This document shows positions 9,686-22,637 of a stretch of 64,000 nucleotides of DNA, piece after piece. The translations under genes and the position numbers were made by a program. The notes under the pieces were generated by a model, which saw only the letters and a list, made by a program, of their open reading frames with translations, did no database searches and had not been told where the DNA came from. Position 1 is the first letter of the stretch. Each line of letters opens with the position of its first letter. This stretch comes from Selaginella moellendorffii (lineage: Eukaryota; Plantae; Lycopodiophyta), in contig NW_003314280.1 of NCBI RefSeq assembly GCF_000143415.4, forward strand, positions 1,111,663-1,175,662, read 5' to 3'.

Positions 9686-12600
9686 TTAGAAGTGTTCTTT
9701 GTGGAACTCAAATCTGGTGCTCGTCTTATACGTGTACTCGCGCGATATCTGGTCCAGCTCTTTGGCCAGAAGAGACGATCCGCAAAAGAATACGCCTGGA
9801 TTCGACAGAGAGCTCGATCTTAGATCTTGGTTTTCTAACTATGAGAGAACTTTCAAAGCGAGAAACTCTTACCAATTCTAGAATCCGGATGCGTGCTTGC
9901 GAGCCTGGAGAATACTTTCCTCCAGTTTGGCTTGGCAAAGTGCGTGCGTACCTAGCACAAGAGAGCAAAACAAACATCAAAAACCATCACGAGAGAGGAA
10001 GCAAAGGAAAAAAACTATTTACTCTGGTTCCCGAGACAATGTCCACACCATTCTTGGCATGGTGGAGAGCTTGCACCATGGTGATCAACGCAGACCTTGC
10101 GTCGCCCTCCTCGTAAACGCTCGTCAAATAGTTGTGCATCTCAATCACAGCCTGGAGAGAAAGATGATAATAGTGACAACAAAGTCTCGAAAGAGAAAAC
10201 CACCTTTTGATCGATCTCGGCAACTTCATTCATCACGCCTTTGAACCAGTCGAAAGATCCCTGCTCTCTCGTCACCCAGTAGAAGTAGGCGTTGGTCGGG
10301 CCTCGCCTCTTTCGCCTCCGCGGGCTCTCCATGGCCCGGATCATGTCAATGTGGACGGAGTCGCTTGGCGATGGGTGGTCGGAAGTTTTGATGTGGTTGA
10401 GCATGTCCCGGAGGATGCTGATGAACGGGGTGGCTCCAATGCCCAGTCCGACCAGTAGCAACACATCGTACTTCCGGTAGTCCTGCGCCGGAGCTCCGTA
10501 AGGCCCGTCGATCAACAGCTTTGGAAACTTGTTCCGCGACGCCGCGCCAACGATGTACTCGGCTCGGAGAAGGCCACTCTTGTTTCCAATCGGTGGCTCA
10601 CACACCTGCAGTGAGACGAGAAAAAAGATGAAGCAAAGCTTGGATCAACTTAACGATGACTTTACCTCGGAGAAGATTCGCTTCATCTCCTGCGTCCAGT
10701 CGCCAAGAACTCGGATATGTACGCTCACGAAGTCGTCTCCAGGGGCGGAGGTTATGGAAAACGGATGCCTGGACGGACAATAAATGCACAGACAAGAAAA
10801 ACACACAAAAGTCTTATGGAACTGGTGGAACGAGCAAGAAAAAAAAGGAAGGAGAAGAAATTTACCACTCGAACGGTGAGATTGCTGGGCATTTAAGGAA
10901 GAGATACATGCCGCTTTTATACTTGAACCCAGGTGGCTTCGTCATGTGCAAAGCCAAAACGTTTCCAGTGTAGATCGCAGCCTGCAACCATAAAAAAAAC
11001 ACAAAAGAAGAGGAACACGGTTTGATCAATCTTTTCTTTCTCTACTCAAGTTTCTCACGTACCTTGAGAATCTGTACAGAGTAATTCCCTGATCGAAAGT
11101 ATCTCAAAGTTCGCTCCCCGGTGTAAAGAAGCAACGGCACGCTGAGGTACATCCAAGTCTGGGAGCTCAAAAAAGAAAGCACACAACTGTAGTGAGTGGT
11201 GGAATCCGATGCAAGGAAGAATCCAACGCATTACGATCGAAATGACGAAGAAAAAAGAAGAAAAAAGAAAAAAGCGCGAGCGAATCAATGGAAACAAACG
11301 AGCAACCAAACACAAAAAACAACCAAAGCAGGAAGAAAGATGGATAGGATCAATGAAGTTCATCCACAAGCAGGAAGAAAGATGGACAAACTTACGGTTT
11401 TATCCTTGAACTTGAAGCTCAAGAAGAGCTTGAAGCTGTGGACGATGAGACAGACGTAGACGATGACAAAGAGGTGGTGCGAGTACCAAAAGGCGTTGAA
11501 CCCCGTAAGGCGATGGAAGGGCCATGGTAACTTAACGAGGCTCCGGCGGAACCAGCGGGTGGCGAGCGTGAAGGCAATGATCATGAGCACCACCATGATG
11601 ATCCCGGTGATCCCCGTCACCGACTTGACAATGTCCATGTAGCTCGGCTTCTCGTAGTGCCAGCCGCGGCCAATCTTGGCGTTAAAATCCTCGTCCGAGG
11701 CTTGCACGATCCGGGGGAAGTCGCAGGCAAGGTGGACACCGCCATGGATGATAACTCCGAAAGCAATCCCGATGGTAATCGCCTGGTAAAACGTTGGAAA
11801 GTGTGAGAAAGAGCAGTTTGCGAAGAACGAAGGCAAGTTTTCTCTTGCGAAGAACGAAGGCAAAGTAAACTTTCGCAAAGAGATTGATCAAGCAGAGCGA
11901 AGGAAACGAGAGACTTTGCCAGTAACACACATGAAGAATGCGAAGAAAAACACTCAAACTCGGAACTTGCACGACCATGGAGAGAGGAGAGAAGAGAGGT
12001 TTGCGAAGAACTAAGGCAAAGAAAACTCGACGACCTCACGGAAGCAAATGCAGCCATGCAAAGAGATCGCTCAAAGCTTTCAGAGAGAGGAAAGAGAGTT
12101 TGCCACCCATGAAGAATGCAAAGTAAAACACACAAACTCTGGAAACTTGAAGAACACATCCGCAAAGGAGTCCCAAGAAAATGGAAAAATCTGGAAGCTT
12201 GCGAAGAACAGTAGACAAGCAAGAGCCCCAAGAAAATGGGAAGCAAGGACACGAAGGATCGAGCAATCAAAGAAAGAACTTACGATGGGTGACTTACTTT
12301 GTGGAAGTTGATGTTGTCGTCGAAAGGGACGACGAGGCCCAGCCAGGTCGATCGCAAGGTGGTGATGAGGTTCCTACAAACCGGGAGCAAGATGAGCGCC
12401 ATGTTGAGCTTGAGCGTCTCCGCGGCGCCCTTGGCGGCGCACACGCAGTAGCCCATGATCTCAAACGCGGCACGGTTCTTGTACTGCACGAACTTCCAGG
12501 TGAAGAGCGCCACCATGGCCGCCAGCCACACCGACACCACCCAGATCCTCTGCCAGTGCTCGGTCACGTAGTTCCTGGTGCTGCGCGACAAGGCGCGGAT

Positions 12601-14062
12601 TGGATTCCGCCGCCGCGGCGCCACCAGCGTCTGGCTGTAGTTGAGCTGCTGGAGATCGCGGCTGTAGCCCCCGATCGGCGCTCCTCGCATCAGCTGCTCT
12701 AGCTGCCATAGCTGGAAGAAGGAAGAACAAGAAAACGATTGGTTCTTGGTACTTGGTTCTTGATCTATCGATCGTTCCTGGGAGATTGCATGGATCGGAT
12801 GGAATGGATTGCTCACCTCGATGTAGCCCAAGTTGTCGGGATCGAGCTCCTCCATGATCAGCGCGGCGTACTCCTCGGCTTGCTCCTTGAGCTTGGAGAG
12901 CTTGTTGGCGGAGGCGCTGAGCATGATCACCTGGATCGACGGAATCGTGAGAGAGAGCTCGCAATTGGGTTTCGTTAGCTTACCTCCTTGACTTCCTCCT
13001 CGGAGATCCGGCCATCGGCATTCTTGTCACACCTGGATAGAAGAACACAAAAGAAAGAGCTCAAGAACAGCTGCGAGAAGAGAGATTTCCATCCTTACAT
13101 GTCGAAAAAGATCTGCATTCGCGCATCGAAGCTCTGATCCGAGATCTGGAGCCAAAACTCGTAGAGATCCCGCTTGGAGATTTGCTCCGCGTTGGTCATC
13201 CCCTTCTTCCTCGCCAGCGCGTCGAAGAGCTCGCCCGCAAACTCCTTGGAGTCCTTCATCCCTGCAACCCATCTATCGATCAATCGATCCAAGGAAGAAA
13301 GAAAGGAGAGAGGAGAAAGGAGGAGGAAGGATCTCTCTTACCAATGCATTGCCCGAAATCGCCGCGCTTGAGCAGCCCCTCGGGCGACGCCAGCTTGTCG
13401 AATCGCTCCTCCACGCTCTTCCACAGCGCGGATCGATCGGCCGCGTTGGCGCCGGCCTTGGTGATGAATCGCAGCCCGTGGAGCGCGTTCTCGGCGCCCG
13501 ACTTGGATCGCGAGAGGTACCTGGGCCGCGAAGAGCCAGCATGCACACCACCGCTGCTCGAGGAGCTCGTGGCGGCGGCGGCGGCGGCGATGGCGTCGGG
13601 GTTGAATCGCGAGGAGAGGACGCGCGCGGCCGCGTGCTTGAGCTCCTGGGACAGCTGCTTCATCCGGCTGGACGTGTTGGAGGCGGTGCGCTTGAGCGAG
13701 CTGCGCAGCGATCTCTTGTCCGCCCAGTGCTGCTGGTGATCCAGCGCCACCGCCGGCGCGGACGCGAGGAGGTTCCTCTCGGGGTGCTCCTCGCCGCCGC
13801 CGCCGCTATACTGCACCGCGGCGGCGGCGATGGTGGGATTCACGCTCCTCAGCTTCACCGAGTCGTCGCGCACGTCCAGCGTCACCTCCACGAAGTGGTG
13901 CTGGGCGATGGCGCCACCGCCACTGCTGTGATCCAGCGCCTGGTCCCATCGCAGTGGCACTGTTGCGATGTGAGCTCCCCCTCCTCCTCCTCCTCCTTGG
14001 CCTCCATAGCTGGGATGAATCGAGAGCTCTTGTGCTTGGTGGCTGGATCTTCCCTGTCTCAT
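9686..14062 (-). CDS. RBOH: Respiratory burst oxidase homolog (NADPH oxidase), multi-exon
   Basis: EF-hand region ([15 protein letters not shown]), [60 protein letters not shown]-terminal GVFFCG...FEFHKEHF* with stop at 9686. Confidence 0.96.
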
Positions 14063-15424
14063 TGCAATCAATCAAACCGGCCGCCAAAGAAAAATCCACG
14101 CTGTGGAAATTTCTTCCACTGGAAAGGTCGCAATCTACCTAGGAAGATCGATCTATCGATCTATCTACCAAGAAAAGAAGAGTTTCTGCGCTACAGTCGT
14201 GGCTCCTCCTCCTTTTTTCTTCGTCTCATCACCACCCGGATGCTTCCCGTGCTCACACGGAGAGGAGGAAGAATGGAGAATGGTGGCCGTAAGTAGATAC
14301 CAAAGCAAAGATAAAAGAAAGAATGTTAAGCAAAAGCGCGTAGCCGGGTGCCCGAGGTCGGTTTGCCCGGTGTCCGAGGTGGAGTCCGAGCTCCTCCACT
14401 CACTTCCTTTTGAGGGTCTAGCCTAGCCAGGAGCTTCCAATCCCTGGGAATAGCGATCGAGTGGATCTGCCTAAAGCGCCCATGCAGTGGTGGAGGAGAA
14501 TCGAGCTCGATCGCGAATTCGAGCTCCAGGAGAGGCGGAGAATTGAGCCCTCCGTTGGAACGCTCATAGAAATAGGTTTTAGAAGAGGTGGAGAAGAAGA
14601 GGAGGAGGAAAAAAAGAAAAGAAAAGCAACGCACCTTTGCTCTTGTGTGAAGAGGAACGCGCCGCTTTGACGGTGTTGGCTTCGTAAATGCCGCGAATAT
14701 GCGGATTCTAGAATTGGCTGGTCGTTGACTTTGCCGGCTGTGGTCAAACCCCTAGGAACTAGAGTACTACTGGGCGATGCGCCGGAAGAGTTCCAGTCAA
14801 CGCACCCTGGAATGGTCCCTTGGCGAGTTGGCGTGGTCCACTCCAGCCAGTGGGTCGAATTTTTTGCTCTCGATCGTGGCTCGCAGCTGGATTGGAGATG
14901 GAGATGGCGGTGTTGCGGTGGTGGCGTGGTGGTGTCCGGTCAATCTAGGAGGATCAAACACACTGGCGTGCGCGGATGGATCTCGATCCCGATCGACAGC
15001 GTCCGGTCGATTGGAAGTGATTGATTTGTCCCTCCACCACCGAGACGAAACGAAATCATTGAAATCATTTCGAGACCCCGCCAAGATCTTTGCATCGCGC
15101 TTGCGTTTGTCTGACGAGCCAAGAACACGGCGGGGCGGGCGGGCGGGGTGGATGGACTAGAAGTTTAACAAGGACGAAACAATGACTTTGGCAGTGTCGT
15201 CCCTGGCGATTTTCATCCCTCGAGGACTTCTAGAAGCGCAGCCCTTCAAGCCAAAGACCATGTACACCAGCCAGCCATGATTTTAATAAAAGATAGATCA
15301 TGTGTTTGTGTATGACAAAACTTTGATGATCCGCTACATTGAAGAAAAAAAAGCCACCAATTCTGGGCTAAGGTACAACAAATTTTTTTTCAAAAAAACC
15401 AGCAAAAGAGGGAAAAAGCAATAT

Positions 15425-15505
15425 TGTCAGGAATGGGATTCGAACCCATGCCCTTGCGGACTAGTACCTGAAACTAGCGCCTTAGACCAACTCGGCCATC
15501 CTGAC
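15425..15505 (-). tRNA. trnL-CAG: tRNA-Leu (anticodon CAG)
   Basis: GTCAGGATGGCCGAGTTGGTCTAAGGCGCTAGTTTCAGGTACTAG...GGTTCGAATCCCATTCCTGACA; long variable arm, downstream T-run terminator. Confidence 0.96.
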
Positions 15506-16349
15506 TCCACTTGAAAAACTTTCCCATTCCATCATTCCTATGGTGTATATCGTCCAAGAGAAACGGGCAACTTGACCACTTTCTTCTTCTTGGCCCCGAG
15601 AAAGAGCCATGAAGCTCTCCATAGTGCTCCATTTCGTCACACGCCGCATCCATTCTCTCTGTATGGCAGCTTAGCTCCAACGTCTTGTCCCACCCACAAA
15701 GGATGTATGATGTGAAGGAGCAAAGCTGAGAGTAATTCCTTCTTCTTGGTCTTCTCCTTTGCTCGGACCATCCTAGCGAAGATCACTTCGCTCGAAAGCG
15801 ATCGCTAGCCAGCTTTACGCTGGAGAGCTTTTGGATCTTGCGCGACCGGAGCGAAACTCTTGTCAACGACACAGCTAGCTCTGGCAACCCACGGACGAGC
15901 GAACAAAAGAGAAAGGAGAAAAACAAAAGTGAGACATGTAAAGTCAAGTTAAGAAAATAACTAAGAAATTCCAGAGAAGCTCGGCTTACACAGGGATGCG
16001 GTATCTCAACACTCCATAACAGCGTCCATCCATGATCCAGCACTTGAAAAGTACAAATACAGTTCTGCAAGCCAAGGACGACAAGCCGATTAAATCAAAG
16101 CACACGATGGAAAAGAAGAAAAAAGAAATGGAGAATACGTACGGAGTTTGCAGCGCTTAGAGAAAGCACGTCTCCATTCGACGATCCATGCCTTGACGTG
16201 AAAAAGAGATTCAGCACCAGCGGGGATAGGAGTCGCCATAGCTGCATGATTTGCCGGAACTTCTGAAAGGTTGGTGCAAGCCGGGCGGTCATTTAATACC
16301 GGCTTCTCGCGTCAAAATGTAGCTCTAGTGTGCCGAGATGTAGCAGTTT

Positions 16350-19272
16350 TTAGTCGCCTTCCGGGTGGGAATGCTTCTTGAAGTACCTCTGGCCCTCCCC
16401 CGGACTTCTAGCTCCAGGTGAATCATTGTCCATGGCGGCCGGAGGATCCGGAGAAATGTCTTGAGTGGAAGGAAAGCCCTCCAGCGGCTCGTGGTCCGAT
16501 CCCTGCCTCTCGAGGTCGTCTTGAGATTCTTCTTCTTTGGCTCCTGCGACATCCGAGTCCATCGGAATCACGTCGTCAACATCTTGTGCGGCACCTCCAT
16601 CGTCAACAGCTACACTCCCATTCTGCAATTAAAAAAAGGTCGCTTCCATTCGTTTAAACTGAAGTGTCGAAAGAACCTGATTTTCTTCCGAAGGAGGAAC
16701 TGTTGCGGCGTCGTCCCCTTTCTTTGCTGCCTTTTGCTTTGACTTGTCCGACTTCCCATGAACTTTAAGCCGAACTTCCTGGGTAAGTAGCTCAGGCGGC
16801 ACAACACCTTCGATTCCTAGCTCAGTGAACTGACCAGGTAAAAGAGGAAGGATTAGAGAGAAAAAATAGAACATGCATACTGCATACCCTTGCAAATCCT
16901 TCCAAATCCTGCCTTGCTGAGAATCTTAAGCCTTTCCAACAGTAGACCTGAATAGAATGCCACTATTACGAAAGTTTCCTTCTTCACGGAGGTATACCTT
17001 ATCGTTTTTGTGACTGTATTCCGCTTCAATACCAGACATAGGATCCATCTGCAGATAGTCAGGCATTATCTAAACCCGGACAAAGTTTGAAAGCTGCTTA
17101 CATCCTCAGCCAAAGCAGTCCAATACTCGTGAACTGGAGGCGTCTTCACTCGCTGTGGATCAGTCAGAGCATTCTGCAACATGCAACGTCAGAACTGTAT
17201 ATTAAACTCGAGTGACACATACAGGATTTTGATCCGCCCATTTCCACAGCTGTGAGAGTTCCTTGTTTCCCAACCTCCATCGCTGCTTCCTGAGGTAGAG
17301 TTTTATTTAGTGAGAGTAACAGGAACTTCTCGCAGACCTCTTTTTAGTCCCTTCAATAGACGATTTGCGTTCAGAAACGTTTTTTTCAAATGGTGGGCAA
17401 CCATCGCGTTTCCACCAGACCTACGCCAAAACAGTGCATGAGCTGACTTTACTCGTAAACAATAACTTGCTTACCCAGTTTTTTTCACGTTCAAGTAAAT
17501 GCTCAATGCTCTTCAAGAAATCTTTTCCTTTAGGAGGAGTAGATTCTAAAAGACGCTTCACGCGATCTTCCAAAACCTTTACTTCATCTTTCTGCGAGAA
17601 AAAAAATTGAATACCCTTAATGAAAAATTATGGAAATATACCAGACTTTCTCTTGCTGCTTCTTTTTCCGTTTTACCGGGTGTCTGTATAAATCAAATTA
17701 TTAGTCGGACAAGATGCATATTGTTTTGAGCTTACCTTCAAATAGTCAAAAACAATCAGGCACTGTACAAGTACATGTCTCCTAAAACTGGGATCTTTAA
17801 GCTGTTACCAAAGACTTTATAACAGTACACGTATAAGCTGAATCTTACCTCGAGAGACATCAAATTACTACTGGTAAGATACTTTGTATTAAAGGTCATG
17901 TCATCGCCCTCATCAAGCTGGTGGGAAGTGCTATCATCATCTCCCAAAGGCTGCGCATCAAAGGCGCTCAAAACAATCTGCAAGAAAAATTTCGGTCACA
18001 TTGCGCAAACTCAATAGTCCAGAAAGAACTGACAGTTAAACTTGCAGAGAAGATATGCCATCTTGGGATCAGTGCTGCGGGGTTAGAGAAGTGTTCCTGA
18101 GAAGGAAAAATAAGAGGATATAAAAAAACTTTAACGAGAAATCTGCACCTGAAGTCCCCAAAAAGTCTTGTAAAAGTTGAAATCAATAGGCACATCTATG
18201 AAAAAAAAAAGACAAAAAAACAGAACATGAGGTTGGAACCATCAGTTGGCGTACCGTCAGGTTGGTCTTTCTCATAGTTTGTTTCGTTAGAGGTATTGAA
18301 TACACCCTTAATATTTACAGCTGAAATCCACATTTAAGTAGCTGCGGCCTTAAGTTAAAATTTTGAAAATCACCTGATCGTTCATAGAGAGGAAAAACGT
18401 GTGCAAGAAACATAAGGATTCGGCCGCAAAATACAACATCGTTCGCCTGCAATATGTAAATTAGCCTCACGAAGAAAAGAAAAACGCCCAGTCTGAACCT
18501 TTGAAAGTCGTCTTAGCAACTGATTGCAAGTTCTCAACATGACCAGTTTCCCCCGCCCAAACAATTCTGTCTGGATCATCCACAACTCACTTACACAGTC
18601 GCACGAAGTAGAAAGCATACCTTTCCAAGAACTTCCTGTTTCCCCTCGATGTAGGCAAAAACTTCCTTACAATCTTTGATAGTCGATACTTCTGTTAAGT
18701 CCTCTAACAGCTGGAAAACCATGCCTCCCTCAACATGGCTCTTCTCGCAGAGATACAAGACGATATCTGGGGGTACAAGAACAGTAAGTAAGGAGCAGGA
18801 AAGAAAAGAGGAAGAGAAAAACCGACCAAGGAGCCTGGTGATCAATCCACCGCTGTTGTCCGAGTCGTCTATAGAACGCCCATACTGCATTACTGGCTCC
18901 CCGGCATCCACAGCAGCGCCCTGCCAAGAAAAACAAAATACAACATCAATGTAAGGCGAAGATGCGTACCACAAGTTCTTGGAGCAGCAAGCGCAATGCG
19001 TTTTCCAGGAGCTGATTCTCGTCCTGGACCAACACGGCGTGCTTCTGGGGCTTCATCGCCTCCTGCATCGTGGCTAGCGCCACCGCCGCAGCAGGCGACG
19101 AGTGCGAGATCGCTTGCTTGAAAACATCCTGGAAATATTTCCCACCGATTGGCCTGAGCTGAGATCGCGAAGAACTCACCAGAATCCTGTTGCGATCGGA
19201 TTGGAGAGCCGAGAAGACTGGATCCGCGACGTGCTGGAGCTGGACTCGTAATCCCCCGCCCGCGTCCACCAT
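16350..19272 (-). CDS. THO1: THO complex subunit 1 (HPR1), multi-exon
   Basis: QDENQLLENALRLLLQEL, LLEDLTEVST, ELFGRGKLVMLRTCNQLLRRLSK, FNTKYLTSS, WKRDGCPPFEK, LGNKELSQLW. The first coding exon is probably just the ATG at 19272; the exact 3' end is less certain. Confidence 0.9.
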
Positions 19273-19384
19273 CGCTTGACCTAGCCCTAAACCCTCCATT
19301 TTCTTTTGAAATGTAGTATTGGTTGTATAAATGCGATCACCATAGTCACTCTAAAGGAGAAAAGATCTTTGGTTCTATCAGAGA

Positions 19385-22300
19385 CTAGCCAGTGCTCACG
19401 AGTAAACTTGCCGGAAGCTTGCCTTGCAAACAGTGACTGATATCCAAGGCCGCAAGCCACGAGCCATTAAACACGAGATTGACACCAGGGAGTGGAACTA
19501 TCTCGTCTTCGTCTTGCTCCACAAACATCGTCACTGCTCCCTTTGGAGATGGCGAGAATTGGTCCTCTCCAGCCGATAGCGTATACATCCTATAAGAGAC
19601 CACGCATACAAACTCTCATCTCTTAGACAAGAGAAAAACTTGCTAGTACCTCATAGTGTTCTCATCGATGCTTCCTTTCTCCGACTGAAGCCTTCTCATC
19701 AGCGGCGTGGAAATGGAACGCGCGGTACTGCTCCCGGGACTCAAAACCATCTCGCTTAAACTGGGCGTTTCCTGGACCGCGGAGTAAGCCAACCTCGACA
19801 CTGGGCCATCGGCTTGGTAGTCGCTTATAAAGTCCTGGAGCTTGGAATGGAGCTGCCACATTTCCCTGTCGTGCCGAGCAAGAGCATCAGAGTCGAAGAG
19901 CCCGCACTTGACGACCCCCTCGCAGACGAGCTTGCACAGCGCGGTGTTGAATAGCGGAAGGCCAAACTCGATGCTCTGAGGAACCCACTGCCAGACCGGT
20001 GCTCCACTGCCGCTGGTGGTGGTCTCAGAAACTACACTAACCAGACGAACGAATCCCATGGTGTTGAGGTGGAGTTCCTTCACCGCTTGGCTTAGAGCTT
20101 GTCCATGAGCTTCGGCAGAGTCCGGTTTGTAGAGTGGCAGAGCGATGTCCTTTGTGACAAGTTCGGCCTTTTCACCACCCTGGAAGGACTCCTTCGAGTA
20201 AGGTTGGACGACCACTGCCGAGTGTTTGAGGAGAGTGTTCACTACGTGAAGGAGAACTCCGCCTTCTACCAGAGTCCCCTCGAATTTACCACCTGGTCCT
20301 CCAGCAGCAGTCCCATCCCCCCAAGTCCACACCAGCGCCTTGTAACACCGCGAGAGAGACTCTGGAAGCATTCGAAGTCGCTGCCCCCGTATCAAAGCCA
20401 CCGAGACAGGCCCGGCTCCCGCAACGCTGTACAGGAGTAACTTCATCCAGGGTGTCGTCGCAGCTCGTGAAGGAGGTCCAAAGTGAACGGGTCCGCCTCC
20501 CTCTGATGAGATAACGGCAGGACGCGATGGTAGCGGTATCATTGAGACGATGACGTCGTAGTCCCGGTGGAAGACTCGTTGGATGGTTGCCGCTGCCAAC
20601 CCGGACAAGCTCTCACAGCGAACAACGTCGACTCGGACCTTCTTCGTGTTGTCAAAATTCTCCTTGTTAAACGAGACATCGTCCAGGATGCCCGAGCCGC
20701 CAGAACGGAGGCACTCCAGTGCATGCCGCAAGCTAAAGGCATGGTCTGCGAAATGCTGAAGTTCGCCTTCACACTCGGTCCCTTCAACTTTACGTAAATC
20801 TTCACACATTTCGATGACGTGTGAGTCTCCTAACTTTCCAGCTTCGTAAAGTGTTACTGCATGACCTTTCAGCCCTGCTTCACGAGAGATGTAAGTATCA
20901 ACGTAACAAATTGACACTGATGCTTACCAGGCGAGAGAGATCCCATCATGAGGTAAGAGGTCAGGTCGGCATCCACCAAGAATGCGAAACGTACAACTCC
21001 AGGGAGTTCCGTGGGAGCGTCGCTGGTACTCGGTTCTCCCTGGTTCTCAGAAGGACGATGAACAGGGCTTAAAGCAACTGTAGGATCGTCGTCTCCAAAA
21101 TCAGAAGATGGAGACCCTGGCTCGTTGGGATCACTTAGAAGAGCTGCGGGATCAACTCTTTTCTTTGCCCAGCCAAGACGAGCGGCTAAAGACACGGCTG
21201 CTTCCAGCTTGGAAAAGTCAGCCTGTAATGTTGAAGCGAGCTCAGCAATAGTAGCATGCTCGCTTGAAGTGATGAAAACTGCGTAGAGAAGTCTGGAGTG
21301 AAAACCGCCATAAGTTTCAGTAATAAATAAGCAACAAGTTCTTACTCTTCAGTGGGATCCTCGTAATTTTGGTTCTGGTTTGAAACAAATCCCTCCAAAG
21401 TTAAGACTGCGGAAATTCAGATTACAACAGAAGAAAGAACTATGTGATTTCCAACCTTGGAAGTGATCGTCAGGAGATACCGGCACGTCAAAATACACCA
21501 AACCTCTACGATAGAGACCACGTACAATGAAAGGATCATGCTCTCCAAACCGAGCAACATCATCCTCGCACACTTTCTCTACCAGAATGCTCTCCTCTTC
21601 TGAGAGTTTCTGTTTGAATAGACGTACAATTCAACGTTCCTAAAAGTAAGATAGAGCGTCTGTAAATTTCATTAGCTGATTGGTGCAATCGAAGAACTTC
21701 ACCCTTATCTCATCTTGCGAGAGGTTCACAACGTTGATAATCCACCAAGCTTCAATACAAATGTCGGCCGGCTCAGAAGGCAGTAAATCTTTAGCAAAAG
21801 ACTTATTAATTCTCCACATAATTTTCTGGAAGCAAGGGACATTTAAAGTCTATGCAAAACAATAAAAAGAATTACCTTTGCTCTGCATTTATTCAGAACA
21901 TCTATGTACTCGTTGCGTCCAATTCCAGTCACCCGCAACGCATCAGCAGCACTGAAGTTCGGAATAGAATCGTAAGGCCTTTCTGATGGAAATGACAAGA
22001 AGGTTATAAAGAAGATGACCTCGGCTGCAAACCATACCATCTTTCAAAGCTTCATAGAGCATATCACAGTAGTGTTGGAACGGAGAAACTCGAAGAATAC
22101 GGCAGACGTAATCGGATAAATGATATGGAAAGAGCTGTCAAGAATCAATAGTTAAAAACGAAATCGAGAAAAACGACGGAGATGTACCGCAGAATTTCGA
22201 CGAAGATAGCGCATCAGCTCGTCGTAATAATCACTTTCCTTGCAAGTGTTTTTGGCAAGAGACTCGCTCCACCTCAAACGATTTTTGATGCAGTAGTCTT

Positions 22301-22478
22301 TTATCCTGAAAGCTAAGAATGTTAGTGAATCAAAGAATTAACGAGCTTACTTTTTGTGCCATTCTTCGCTAGATTGAAGATAGAGCTTGAGCCGCTTTGG
22401 AAGCTTGTCCCAGTTAGCCTCGTCTTCAATAGCCTTCGCGATCATCTGTTCCTCAAAGTTGGAGTCCAGCCTTTGCAT
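19385..22478 (-). CDS. FAM91A1: FAM91A1-like protein, multi-exon
   Basis: WDKLPKRLK, LFPYHLSDYVCR, PYDSIPNFSAADALRVTGIGRNEYID, GLYRRGLVYFDVP, AFLVDADLTSYLMMGSLSPGLKGHAVTLYEAGKL. Confidence 0.93.
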
Positions 22479-22637
22479 CGTGGTCGACAACAGAAACCTA
22501 AATCCGAGCAATGTTATGACATGAAACTTCATACTGGGCTCCTTGTGCAACTGCCAGTCGTTCGTTACGTAAAAAAATGCGCGTTAAGTAATAAAAGGAA
22601 AAAGAGCCTCTTCACATTCTCACGAGAGGAACTTGTC

